Part shown: piece by piece, positions 7,559 through 18,844 of the stretch
Position numbering within the stretch: position 1 is the first letter of the stretch
Layout of the letters: each line of letters begins with the position of its first letter
DNA from: Octopus sinensis
Lineage: Eukaryota
DNA length: 32,307 nt
Direction: 5' to 3'
Assembly (NCBI RefSeq): GCF_006345805.1
Contig: NW_021829590.1
Location: 1 to 32,307, forward strand
The notes under the pieces: model-generated
Told to the model about the DNA's origin: nothing
What the model saw: the letters and a program-made list of their open reading frames with translations, nothing else
Databases searched by the model: none
Position numbers and translations under genes: made by a program

Positions 7559-10396
7559 TCACAATCTCTCCGCTCCATGTCGTAGTCCACCATCCAACCG
7601 GGAGAGCGCCTTGCTCGTCGAGATCTTCTCAAGCTGGGCACCTCGTTCTCCCCCTCTCCAGAATCGTCGTCCGTCAAAGCGATAAACCTGCGAAGGTCCA
7701 AGACGTGTCGTGGCGTTCCATCTATGGATACGTTGTTTCTGGAATTGACCGCCGTCACCGTTCCTCTGCTCCATTGAGCGTGCCTTTGGTGGCTTAACCC
7801 AGACTTCCTCCCCTATTTTCACGCGAACGGGTCCCTTCTCTTCTTCGTGATCCTCCGGAGCTTTGCTCAGGTGTCTCCATTCATATTTGAACACAGCTCT
7901 CTGCAGCACAGATTCCTCAGCTTGTCCGGATCGGGGAGACAAGTTGTACCAAAAAACTGCTTCAAGCGGCGAAATGTGCCCTCTTTCCGCTATGGCCTTG
8001 ACTGTCCAATGGTGCCTCTCCACGATCCCGTTACCGCTCGGCCTATACGCTGCTCTGAACAAGCGTCGCATATTCCACCAATCAAGCATAACCCTAAATG
8101 CTTCCGAACGAAACGCCGCTCCGTTGTCCATCAGTAGTTCTTCCACGGGACCTCTCTCTAAGAATATCCCATTCAGGATCTGCGCGATCTCGTCAGCAAT
8201 GCCCGATCTCAACTCCCTCCAAATGGCCAGCCGGCCCGGCCCGCAGTCGACCATGGACAGGTACATTCGCTGACGGTAGTGTGTCACATCCACAGCTAGC
8301 CTTTTCCAGTTCTGCTCCACGGAAAGGCTTCCCTGTTCATGCCCACACGGAGCAGGGTCGATGGACTGACACCTGTCGCAGCTCCCGACCACCTTCCGGA
8401 TGCTTCTCCTAGTGACGTCAGCATCAATTTTCTTCGCCAGATACAGGGTCCTGTCCACACCCAGGTGATGCATAGCATGCAGTTTCTTCAGTTCAGAGTC
8501 ATCCAACCGACATGCCGCAGCTATCCCTTTCGGGGCCTCCTCCGGTTCTTCCAACCACGCTCTTTTCACCCAGGTCAGTACGTCCGCCCTGTTTTTCTCC
8601 GAAGGCACGAAAACCATGCTCAGCTTCAGTCCGAACTCGGCGATCAATTCACCTAGAACACCTAGACGGTGCTTCACTAACATCTCCGCAGCACCTTTCG
8701 TCCGTACTCTCCTTTCACTGGTGATTACCGATCCTACCCAGCCAAGCACAGTGGCCGAATCCGTCCGGATTTCAATCGTGCGCAGCCCTCATTTCAAGGC
8801 CAAGTTCACCCCTTTCAGCACCACGTCTAATTCGGTGACGTTGATGTGGTTGAAATCATCTGCTTTCTGAAGCCAGGCTGCGTCCTCCACCGCAGCGCCT
8901 TTGATTGCCAACACCACCCCTATCGCTATACTGCTGGCATCACACCAGACGGTCCCGCATTCCGTCTTGGGCACGTACCAGTTCCCCCTGACCGGGTCTT
9001 CCGCTCTCATCCTCTCTAGGATTTCCTGCATCATCGCCACTGTCCCTTCTCCCACCTTGTCACCCCACCTCTCCCCTTCTGCTCGTCTCTTGGTGTAACT
9101 ACACGCCATGCGCAGCCATCCAGCGATCAGGTAGTGACTGACCAACTTCCCACACACCGAGAACAGCTCTCTCCTGCTGACGCTGGAACTCAGCTCTGGG
9201 ATCTCATTTCCTCTCCGGAACACCAATTCACCCGATCCAGCTCTTTGCAGCTTCAGCCCCAGCGTGGCTCCCCTTTCAATCGACTCCGGTGGCTTAGCAA
9301 TCAGTCCGAACTTCTCCAGATGACTAACTACCTCGTTGGCTGGCACTACAGTTTCGTCCACCAAAATGTCGTCAATGGTGGCCTTTCTAATCTTGCCGTC
9401 TTTCCCTAGGACGGACCTAAACACTGCCGCCATGATCTTCGGTGCGGAATTCAGCCCGAAACCCAGCCTGGTTAGACAATACGTCCGGCTCTTGTACCGC
9501 ACCAGCTGATATCGCCACAGTTTGTCGATCACATGGAACTGCATGTATGCCAATCTCAAGTCGACAATCGTCGCTGCCTCAGTCGACTGTCTCCACTTAC
9601 GTAACGCCTCGCCACAAACGTCTGTCGCCTCACCTCTCGTGTGACACGATATGTGCTGGTTTAGCTCCCTGAAGTCCAGCACCGGTCTGACTTTTCCCTT
9701 CGTAGTCTGCACCACCGCCATCAGGGGTAGCACTCCGCCCACTACCTCTCCTTCCAAGGGACAAGGACCCCTTCCTCGATCCACCTCTCCACCTCGTCTT
9801 CAAACTCGACCCTGGCGTGGCCTTTCAGGGTATGCTGGTAACAGCTCACCCTGTTTTCCAGCGTTGGGGGCTCGTCCTTCCATCGCCACTCTATCATCCA
9901 CCGCCGACCATCGAACGCCGCCTGAAAGTCTTTGTCCTCGATGGTGTAAGCGGCGCAGTCCCTCGCGGGGCTCTGCTCTCTCTGGCGATCCTGACTTGCA
10001 GTGCATGACGCCCCCACGCTTCCAAACATGACCTCATTTCCCACAACACTGACGCCACCGAGGCAGTTGATGGCGTCCATCCCCATCACCTCCATCTATC
10101 ACGCATTCGGCCACAATTGCCTGCAGCCTTAGTGTCGCACCGCACACCACTATCTTTACCTTGCTGCTGCCTCTGCAATGGATTTCGCTGCCGTCGACCG
10201 CCCGGACACTACTCACCCCGTTCCATTCCTTCGTCACCCTCGAAGTCACAAGGGTTGTCGTACAGCCCGTATCCACGAGGGCCTTGAACGTCTTCCTCTC
10301 GGCCTCCACGTCAATCAATGGCAGCGTCTCCAATAGTGCCTCTACTCGTTTGCGGGGAAAGTTCGAGAGGCAGCAACTTCCCCACGGTCGTTTCCC
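7559..10396 (-). pseudogene. pol: Gypsy pol (protease, RT, RNase H, integrase), disrupted
   Basis: PR motif ALVDTG. RT motifs RPVLDFRELN and RLGFGLNSAP, with ATIDD where YxDD should be. RNase H motif WCDAS. Integrase HHCC plus D (LAVDV), D (MDNG) and E (IVERH). Frameshifts near 10095, 9750 and 7760, and an in-frame TGA at 8791-8789 where Trp is expected. Confidence 0.93.
10337..10396 (-). promoter_or_regulatory. Putative programmed -1 ribosomal frameshift signal: slippery heptamer plus H-type pseudoknot
   Basis: G GGA AAC (10396-10390) is in the gag frame, followed by a 6-nt spacer. Stem 1 is GGGGAAGUU/AACUUUCCCC and stem 2 is UGCCUCU/AGAGGCA. The protease ORF is in the -1 frame. Confidence 0.8.
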
Positions 10397-11103
10397 TGGT
10401 CGCAATCACGGGCAATGCGCCCTGTCTGCCTGCATCGATAGCAAACGGGACCCGGCTGCATACAGTCCCGCGCCATGTGAGGTCCCTGGCATCTAAAACA
10501 CCGTCCTGAGAACGGCCGCTCTCGTTGCATGGTAAGCTTCTGTACGTCTTTCTCGGGACGTCGTCCGTCTTTACGCACCTCCGTCACCGCCATCGCTATC
10601 GCCTTCCGCCCAGAGTGTCTCGTCAACACACGAGCCTGAGCCACAAGTTCGCTCAGCGGCATCTTTTTAATCTCGGGCAGTCGTAGGTGAATCCCTACAT
10701 CGTCGGGGAACCCATTCACAAACGCCAGCCGGGCTGCTCTCTCCAGCCCTTCTCCCGCAAACCCAGCCAGAGTCGCTAACCTTCTAACTTCTGATGCATA
10801 GTCATCCACTTGGCCTCCCGTCCACCTGATTGCACCTAGCTTAGCAAAAGCTGTGTATTTGCATTCCGTGTAGGCATCCCGCAAGCATCGCTCTATGTTC
10901 TCCTCACTGAGCCGTTCCTCTTCATCCATCTCTAGGTATAGCGTTAAGGCGCTCCCTTCTAAATACAGCGCCATAAGACTCGCCACATCGCTTATACCTT
11001 GCAGTCTTGCCACCAGCCTGATTTTGTGAATCCAGGCCACTACATTGCCTTCGCCATTAAAAGGTCTGACGACATCGCTGGTGATCCTAATTTTTGCAGA
11101 CAT
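10342..11103 (-). CDS. gag: Gypsy Gag (253 aa) with two C-terminal zinc knuckles
   Basis: CFRCQGPHMARDC, and CYRCRQTGRIARDC in which the His is replaced by Arg. The ORF begins 53 nt after the 5' LTR. Confidence 0.9.
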   Translation of the reverse strand: MSAKIRITSDVVRPFNGEGNVVAWIHKIRLVARLQGISDVASLMALYLEGSALTLYLEMDEEERLSEENIERCLRDAYTECKYTAFAKLGAIRWTGGQVDDYASEVRRLATLAGFAGEGLERAARLAFVNGFPDDVGIHLRLPEIKKMPLSELVAQARVLTRHSGRKAIAMAVTEVRKDGRRPEKDVQKLTMQRERPFSGRCFRCQGPHMARDCMQPGPVCYRCRQTGRIARDCDQGNDRGEVAASRTFPANE

Positions 11104-11156
11104 CGTGGCAACGAATCATGTTCAAATGTAAATGTTTAAGAACGGCCAAAATAGCT

Positions 11157-11419
11157 TGTGGTGCGTGCGCGATTTGAATATAAAGGCACCTACCTTCTCT
11201 TCCTCGCGATGGAGACCCTCCAGTGGTAACTAGTCCTTCGACACAGCCCTGACACGAACACTAACGATAGCAGCTGCTAACCCAAACCCTTAGCGATGTC
11301 CTCACACGTCTTGTCACCTGGATGACCCACGTTGGAAAAAGCCCAATTGACCGCTGCCTGCGCACGCCTGACAGCTGCCCCTTCCGGTCAACGCACCCAG
11401 CTGCTGACGTCATCCCACA
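11157..11419 (-). repeat. 5' LTR (263 bp) of the Gypsy element
   Basis: Direct repeat of 7260-7538. By hand I count 10 substitutions plus one 16-bp indel between cttcc microhomologies. Confidence 0.95.
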
Positions 11420-11761
11420 ACCATAGAATACGTGTGTGTATATAATATCTCTGTAACTTCAGAGTTCAAAAAATCATTGTGTTGTGTCCTGTGTAAAAAT
11501 TGTAACTAATTAATCAATGTTTTATTCTTTCTTTACAGTTCAGTTATTAGCTGAAAGATAACCATCTAAACATCCAACTGAAAAAAACAATTGCTCCAAC
11601 CAAAAAAAAAAAAAAAGCCATCCCACCAATGTGATCTTATAAAAAATGTGAACAGGGAAAAAAACCCCAAGAAAATATGAATTATTATGAAATCCATTTC
11701 TTTGTGAAATGTTATTTTAATATGTGAAATATACAGAAATTTGATAACCATATCTGCCTAC

Positions 11762-11923
11762 CTTCATGACATGCTTGTTGACAGTAGTGTTGTTGACAGA
11801 GTAAAAGACGTCTACAAGGCTGCCCACATGACCATACTTTGTCAGAGCAGCGTCGCATTTTTGCTGGAGACTGTTGGCAATGGCAGAGAGCTTTCAATAT
11901 TTTAGGACATGGAGGGCAAGGAC
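11762..11923 (-). CDS. NFXL1: NFXL1 coding exon 6 (PCPPCPKILKALCHC...RRCSDKVWSCGQPCRRLLLCQQHYCQQACHEG), NF-X1 zinc finger
   Basis: tattcAG acceptor and AAG|GTAGGC donor; 162 nt, phase 1 to 1. Has the NF-X1 finger Cys/His spacing. Confidence 0.96.
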
Positions 11924-12279
11924 CTGAATATAACCCAGCGACAAATTATAGTACAAATATATAATACATTTAAACAACACTAACATTTAACATTACTACC
12001 AAATGAAAAGTTTTTTAAATGGGAAGGGGGGAATGCTATGAATTTACAACAAAAAAGAAAGATTTTACACTTTATTTTAAAAAAGAAACTAGTTTCTTCA
12101 ACATATTATTACATAATTTTAATTGTTACACAAGTAAGTATAGAAGCAAACTGATTGAAGCATTATTATTATTGTTGTTGTTGAAAGGTTTAGGAAATTT
12201 TTGCCTATTATCAGTGAGTGTATATTTAGTAAAGATTGAAAATGGCTTTAGCAGATATGTAATTAATATATTAAATTAC

Positions 12280-12458
12280 CTGGATGGCAGAGTAATAAAC
12301 AACAATGTCCACAGAGGGGTATTAGTTGTTTTCCACATGTCTGTCCACAAGAATGTGGTACTAACCATGGATCAAAACGTGGGTCTTCGACTTGACCGCA
12401 AAAACATTTATAACGAACCGGACAGTCTTTTTGTTTATATTCGAATCTGCATTTTGGG
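12280..12458 (-). CDS. NFXL1: NFXL1 coding exon 5 ([41 protein letters not shown]...CLLLCHPG)
   Basis: tttctcttctAG acceptor and CAG|GTAATT donor; 179 nt, phase 2 to 1. [11 protein letters not shown] and CLLLCHPG are hallmark NFXL1 sequences. Confidence 0.96.
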
Positions 12459-12609
12459 CTAGAAGAGAAAAAGGAAACCTCATTTTTTTAAACATGTATT
12501 TCTATCTTAAATAGAAAATATGGAAACTTTTCTATGATAAACAAGAGAAATTTTCATTTGAGGATTTAAAAATTAATAACTTCTATCCATTTTCTCTGTT
12601 CACTGTGCC

Positions 12610-12990
12610 TGAGAGAGTCATAGAGGCACAGTCTCAGGCGCCACCCCCATGGGGTCCTATCAGTAGCAACTGTCATTACACTTTCCAGCTAGATTCTCAA
12701 GCACGGCCAATGGAGATTATGGATATTATCCAACCATCTCATTCTTGGTCTACTACTAGGTCTCCTGCAAGTTGCCTTGCAATTATTTCCTGTAACATTC
12801 TAATCCCATGTCCTTGGTACCCGAGCTACGATCTCTCAATGCTGAGAAGTAGTGGCACTGAGCAACACACCCTGATGAGTTACACCAAATCTTCTTTGGA
12901 AGAATCCAGTTTCAGCTGTTTGTATTCATAATTGTACTCTTTCAGTCATTACCCAACATTCATGACCATAGGTAAGGATAGGTAAGAAAC
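12610..12990 (-). mobile_element. Old RTE LINE 3' remnant
   Basis: The minus frame reads GKATCRRPSSRPRMRWLDNI, a decayed GKRxRGRPxxRWLD motif. Confidence 0.55.
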
Positions 12991-14773
12991 CTAATTGAAT
13001 TTTTTTTTTTATCAACATTTCCTCAACTGGGGATTGAATGCTGGAACTGGCACATTATAATACCAGCACCTGCAAATCTAGCATCCAATTCAGGTTCTTG
13101 CTTCCCACTGTTTCATGTGGTACTTCAACTTCTCTTGACTTCAGTGTGAATTAATTAACTTCTAACGATTAATTCAAAACTGAAACTACATAAACTTTCT
13201 CAATTAGACAGAATGGTGTGTGTTGCATAACAAGGACTTGATATAATGAATGTAGTAGACTCATTCTAAATACAATAGAACAAAAATTCTTTCGGTATTG
13301 TAGCTATTATTATTATTATTCAATTAATACACTGTGTCATGTTGAGTCTGCCTGAAAATTATGTTATGGTTTATATGTCCATGGAATGTGTCTCCACTTA
13401 CACATCGTTTTACAAGCAAGAAATTCAGTTGATCAAACAGCTGAATTCCCATTATGAAAAGGCAGAAATCTTCCAATCAATCAAAATAAATTTTCAGAAT
13501 GTCAGGTTACTAGAGACAAGACCATTTTTTTGTCTTTTTTTTATATAAAGATAGCAACAATCCTACTAATTATGTTACTATAACTTATTTACCAGATATA
13601 AATAATGCTAGTTAGAAAATCTCTATAAGAGATGAAAGCAGTAATTATATTGAGAATGTGAGCTGAAGCAAACTACTGCTATCTCTAGTGGACGAGTATC
13701 CACCACTGAGGATGAGCACAAAACTGTATGGTCCTGTGGTTCTGTCGCTGGAAGTTGGTAGAGGTTCACTCCCCTGTTTGCAATATATACTGGGTGCAGA
13801 TTGCATCAAGCAACCAGCTGGACGAGGTGTCTTCCTTGGGATAAAATGGTAGTAATGTTGGTTCCTATGAAACAGCCATGCTGAAGTGATGATAAACATA
13901 AATAATGCTACAATGCAAAAAAATCATCCATTGTTTCATTTAATGATTTAAATGACCATGGGAGTCTACAGCAATTAAAAAAATGCCAGTATGGAAGGCG
14001 GATGTTAAACAACCAGACATTGATAAATATATCCAAACATAAATGTATGTATATACATATTTCTTTCTCTTTTAGTTTCAGTCCAAGGACTGTGGCCATG
14101 CTGGGGCACTGATATATATATATATAAGTTATTTGCTAACTACAAAACGAAATTAATATAGATGATTACACCTGTTTAAGTTGATATATTTTCAATATTA
14201 CATATTTATGAACAACAAAGTCTGGAGAAAAATATTTTTCTTGAAAATTCTGTATTATTTATTGTAGGAATCATCAGGAATTAGTAAATTGGTGCTAAGC
14301 ACAAGATTAATTTTTAATTAGATTTATGGTTTTTTTTTATATGTACACTCAAACTGGGTGCTATTCATGTATTCTTGCTCTGCCATCCAACAGAAGGTTT
14401 AACACCACTTAAAGTTATAAAGCTACACTTTTAAAAGGACTATAGCTGCATGATTAGAATATAACTAACAAACCTGATCACTGTAGCTTTGTAAAAGTGG
14501 CTACTCCATGCACCATAGGTAAAAAATAACTTGAAGGTATTAAACAAAAATGAGTTGGATGGCTTGACAAGGAACTGGCAAGGCCAGAGGCCACACAAAG
14601 TTCCATAATCTGTTTTGGTTTGGTTTCTACAGCTGGATACCCTTTCTAATGCCAACTATTTTAGAGTGTACTGGGTACTTTTTACATGGTACCATCACCA
14701 GTTCATTTTATGTGGCACCATCACCATCAAATAATTTTGATATTTGTTCTTTTGTATTCCATCATGTTTTTCC

Positions 14774-14812
<39 letters not shown>

Positions 14813-14816
<4 letters not shown>

Positions 14817-16262
14817 TCATCATCGTTTAACGTCCGCTTTCCATGCTAGCATGGGTTGGATGGTTCAACTGGGGTCTGGGGAGCCCGAAGGCTGCACGAG
14901 GCCAGTCAGATCTGGCAGTGCTTCTACAGCTGGATGCCCTTCCTAACGCCAACCACTCCGAGAGTGTAGTGGGTGATTTTATGTGCCACCGACACAGGTG
15001 CCAGACGAGGCTGGCGAACGGCTACGCTCGGATGGTGTTTTTTATGTGCCACCGACACAAGTGCCAGACGAGGCTGGCGAACGGCCACGATCGGATGGTG
15101 TTTGTTACGTGCCCACAGCACGGAGGCCAGTCGATGCGGTACTGGCTACGGCCACGTTCGGATGGTTTTTTTATGTGCCACCGGCACTGGTACCACAAAG
15201 ATACAAATTCCATTGATGTTCATCTATTTTGATTTGGTTTGATTTTGGTTTGATTTTCACTTGCCTCAACAGGTCTTCACAAGTGTCACAAGAAGGAAGG
15301 TATGCACAGGTGGACTGACTACGTCCCAGGTAGGGGCCACGGGTTATGGCCTCACTAGTCTTGCCGGGTCTTCTCACGCACAGCATACTTCCATAGGTCT
15401 CGGTCTCTAGTCATTTCCTTGGTGAGACCTAAAGTTCAAAGGTCGTGCTTCACCACCTCGTCCCAGGTTTTCCTGGGTCTACCTCTTCCACAGGTTCCCT
15501 CAACTGCTAGGGTGTAGCACTTTTGCACACAACTATCTTCAGCCATTCTCGTCACATGACCATACCAGCGCAGCCGTCTCTCTTGCACACCACAACTGAT
15601 GCTTCTTAGGTTCAACTTTTCTCTCAAGGTACTTACACTCTGTCGATTATGAACACTGACATTACACATCCATCGGAGCATACTGGCTTCATTTCTTGCG
15701 AGCTTACGCATATCCTCAGCCGTCACGGCCCATGTTTCACTACCATGTAGCATGGCTGTACGTACACATGCATCATACAGTCTGCCTTTTACTCTGAGCG
15801 AGAGGCCTTTTGTCACCAGCAGGGGTAAGAGCTCTCTAAACTTTGCCCAGGCTATTCTTACTCTAGCCGTTACACTTTCAGCACACCTGCCCCCGCTACT
15901 GACTTGGTCACCTAGGTAGCGGAAGCTATCAACTACTTCTAGTTTGTCTCCCTGGAACATGGTAGAAGTTGGTCTCTGCACATTTCCAGTGTTTATTGCT
16001 CCTGAGCATCTGCCACAGACAAAAACTATTTTCCTAGTTAGCCTTCCTTTGACATTGCTGCACCTCTTATGTGTCCATAGCTTACACTTGGTGCACCTTA
16101 TAGAGTTTCTACCTACACCTTTTTTACAGATCGAGCAGGGCCATCTACCTGAAGTCGTTTGTGATTGGTCCACCTTCCTACTTATAAGGACTTTGGTTTT
16201 GGCTAGGTTGATTCTAAGGCCCTTCGATTCTAATCCTTGTTTCCACACCTGAAACTTCTCCT
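14813..16262 (-). mobile_element. 5'-truncated RTE-clade LINE (copy A), same family as copy B; intact 270-aa C-terminal ORF2 segment
   Basis: The ORF at 15436-16248 is near-identical to the 24300-25196 translation. It has the same 3'UTR, and a (GAT)n tail running into (AT)n. Confidence 0.93.
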
Positions 16263-16552
16263 GAAGGGCTTATTTTAATTTCCCTTGATCAAATCTACCC
16301 ATAAGGTTTAGTTGGTACAAGGCTGTAGCATAAGACACTTGTTCTGCAGTAGGACTAAATCCAGAACCATGTGTTTGGGAAGCAAACTTCTTAACCACAC
16401 AGCCGTGCCTGCATACGTACATGCACTCACTCACACACACACACACACACAGATTCCACATAGTTTCCACTCATATCCATTTACAAGGCACTGAAGCTGT
16501 TTAAAATAATAATTAAAAGAAAACAGTAAATGTTTATAATAAGGACACTTAC

Positions 16553-16680
16553 CAATACCAAGGAATATCCATTTCTTCAACATTTTCTTGTTTTAAGTTT
16601 TGTTGATGAACACCTTCACGTACCCACTTTTGGATACACTGAATGTGAAATATGCAGTAACATCCTTGACAGCACCAAAT
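16553..16680 (-). CDS. NFXL1: NFXL1 coding exon 4 (IWCCQGCYCIFHIQCIQKWVREG...IPWYC), RING/PHD-like core
   Basis: ctttatAG acceptor and TG|GTAAGT donor; 128 nt, phase 0 to 2. Matches the family motif W-x-C-x2-C-x-C-x-F-H-x2-C-I-x-K-W. Confidence 0.95.
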
Positions 16681-17280
16681 CTATAAAGGAAAGGCAATAG
16701 AACAATTGTGCAATGTAATATTGTGAATATAAGAGATTTAGGAAAATTAAGAAATCATCCTACTTCAAAATTATTGAGTGATAATTTTAATGATAAAGTG
16801 AAATAATGACAACTATATATTTTTTCTGGTTGAGAATACAGGAGTACTACCAAAATGAGAAAGCAGTCAGTTGCAGGGTTTACTGAGTGACTGAAATACT
16901 GTGAAATGAAGTACTATGCTTAAAGCTTGAGAACTGAACCTGTAACCTAATGATTGTGAATTCAACTTCCAAAACAATATGCTATGCATCTTTATACAGA
17001 TTAATGTAAGGAAGGAAAAGAAAAAAAAGCAAACGAGGGAGCCTGTAGGTGGTCACCCGAGTTGCTAGAAATAACAGCTAAATCTTTCAGATTAGTTCTT
17101 TTCCTCTTAGATATGGAAAGGATACATTAGGATGGAATGTCTTTGATTATAGGTTTGCTTAACAGTGTTGGCCCAAGACTATATTACTACTGTAACAACA
17201 CTCATTGTGAGAGAATTTGCAGATATCATTAACAAATAAAAAATACCAATAAACCAAAAAAAAAAAAAAAAAAAACTTAC

Positions 17281-17393
17281 AGCATCTGTCTTCTTAATAG
17301 ATTCAATACAAACAAGACATGCTGAGGTGTTGGATCGAAATGAATGAAGTAAGTCTTCTTGTGCTTTAGTAACTTTATTTACTTCACCAGAAC
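17281..17393 (-). CDS. NFXL1: NFXL1 coding exon 3 (SGEVNKVTKAQEDLLHSFRSNTSACLVCIESIKKTDA), start of RING/PHD-like finger
   Basis: Translated by hand (not in the ORF track). tatAG acceptor and T|GTAAGT donor; 113 nt, phase 1 to 0. CLVCI matches the NFXL1 CLICI motif. Confidence 0.93.
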
Positions 17394-18306
17394 CTATAAT
17401 ATCAAAAACAAACTTACAGAAATTTTTTGAGACGACGACGATGATTCATACATACACATTTACACACATACACACACAATGTAATGTACATAAATACACA
17501 CAAATACAATGTAAAATAATTAAATCTTAATAGCCTGAGTTAGTTGTTACTTTCATACTTTGTTGACTACATTAGATAAAACAATCTATAATGAGAGCAT
17601 ATAAGGTATAATGATTTGAAAATGTTCATGAATTCTTTATTTGTTTCACTCTAAAAGACAATGAATACCCATTCTTCGATAACTAACACCCCTGACCTCA
17701 AGCTAGATATACTATGGTGTGTTTTCTTGTTTCATTGATCCATGACAAATAAAGAAATCAGTTTTTCCTAGATGAGAATTGAAATTTATACAGAATTTAT
17801 ACACTCTATTGTACTAGCGTTATAATTCTTGGTCATCACCATTATTTGGTCGGAAGACAGCAAAAATGATAGATAGCTAACCTAGAAATACTTCATATTA
17901 GATTAATTAGTTCAGTGTTTCACTGTTCCCCATAAGCAACAAGAATATATGAATGAAGTGATCAATACATATTCCCCATCTTGCTCTCCTCTACTAAAAA
18001 AAAAATCAGCTATGCAAAGTAAACTGTTATTTTAGTCAATATGTACACACACACACACACACACACATCATAACCATTACTATCAGTTTGATTCTCATTT
18101 GGAACTTTTTCTTTTCTCCTTACAAATAAACATCAAAATTTTCTATTTCCCATTTTGTATATATCCTAATGCATTATCTTTATGTAAAAAAAAAGGTTAA
18201 AAACTACTACTACTACTACCATCACTACTTCATATTGGTAATCAAATAACAAACAATTCATAAAACTGTGAAAGAGACTATTTTCAATTTAAAAAGATTA
18301 TTTTAC

Positions 18307-18495
18307 CATATGTTCCAGAATATCCTTTAAAAACAGTGTCTAACACATTATCAGCCAAATCATCTTCAGACGAATCACTTTCCTCAAAATGCTCAGGAGC
18401 TGACTGTAAATGTCTTTGAATTGATTCTTGCATTTGTGAACTAGCTTTTTGAAAGCGTTCTTCAGCACTGTTTTCTAATCCATTTTTTTCAGTAA
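18307..18495 (-). CDS. NFXL1: NFXL1 coding exon 2 (TEKNGLENSAEERFQKASSQMQESIQRHLQ...EESDSSEDDL...GTY)
   Basis: tttcttttttAG acceptor and G|GTAAAA donor; 189 nt, phase 1 to 1. The acidic S/D/E tract matches the NFXL1 N-terminal region. Confidence 0.88.
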
Positions 18496-18844
18496 CTAAA
18501 AAGAAAGAAAAACAAAAACAAAATTTGATCAATGAAGCCATTTAATGTTTATTGAAAGTGGAAAATAAATCACTTAAAGAAATAGCCATCTATTCTAAAC
18601 AACATACCTAAAGTATCTAGCCTTCTACATCATCTTATGTTGTATTTCAAAGAAAGACCACTCAATACTGCTTGCCCTAGTTGGCCAAGCTAAGAAATAT
18701 ATATCAGTGTGACATAACAAAGATCTTTAGCTTCATATGCTGTAAGCATGTTTCTTTACCTACAGAGATCAATGCTTTCAATTACAAATAAACTATATTT
18801 GTAAGATAGAAAAATATTATTTTACACCACTCAATAACTTAAAA

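Larger units (their letters stand above)
7260..11419 (-). mobile_element. Full-length, inactivated Ty3/Gypsy LTR retrotransposon (about 4.16 kb) in an NFXL1 intron, same strand as the host gene
   Basis: Two direct LTRs with TGTGG...CCACA ends (the left copy has TATGG). 5-bp TSD ACCAT at 7255-7259 and 11420-11424. Domain order gag-PR-RT-RNaseH-IN. Confidence 0.97.

Noticed and set aside
7414-10509. Multiple plus-strand ORFs within the Gypsy element
   Set aside because: Expected antisense ORFs of GC-richer coding DNA; no env-like or other motif seen.
12019-12462. 147-aa plus-strand ORF
   Set aside because: Antisense shadow of NFXL1 exon 5 plus AT-rich intron; no recognisable motif.
12605-12931. 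108-aa plus-strand ORF
   Set aside because: Antisense to a decayed RTE remnant.
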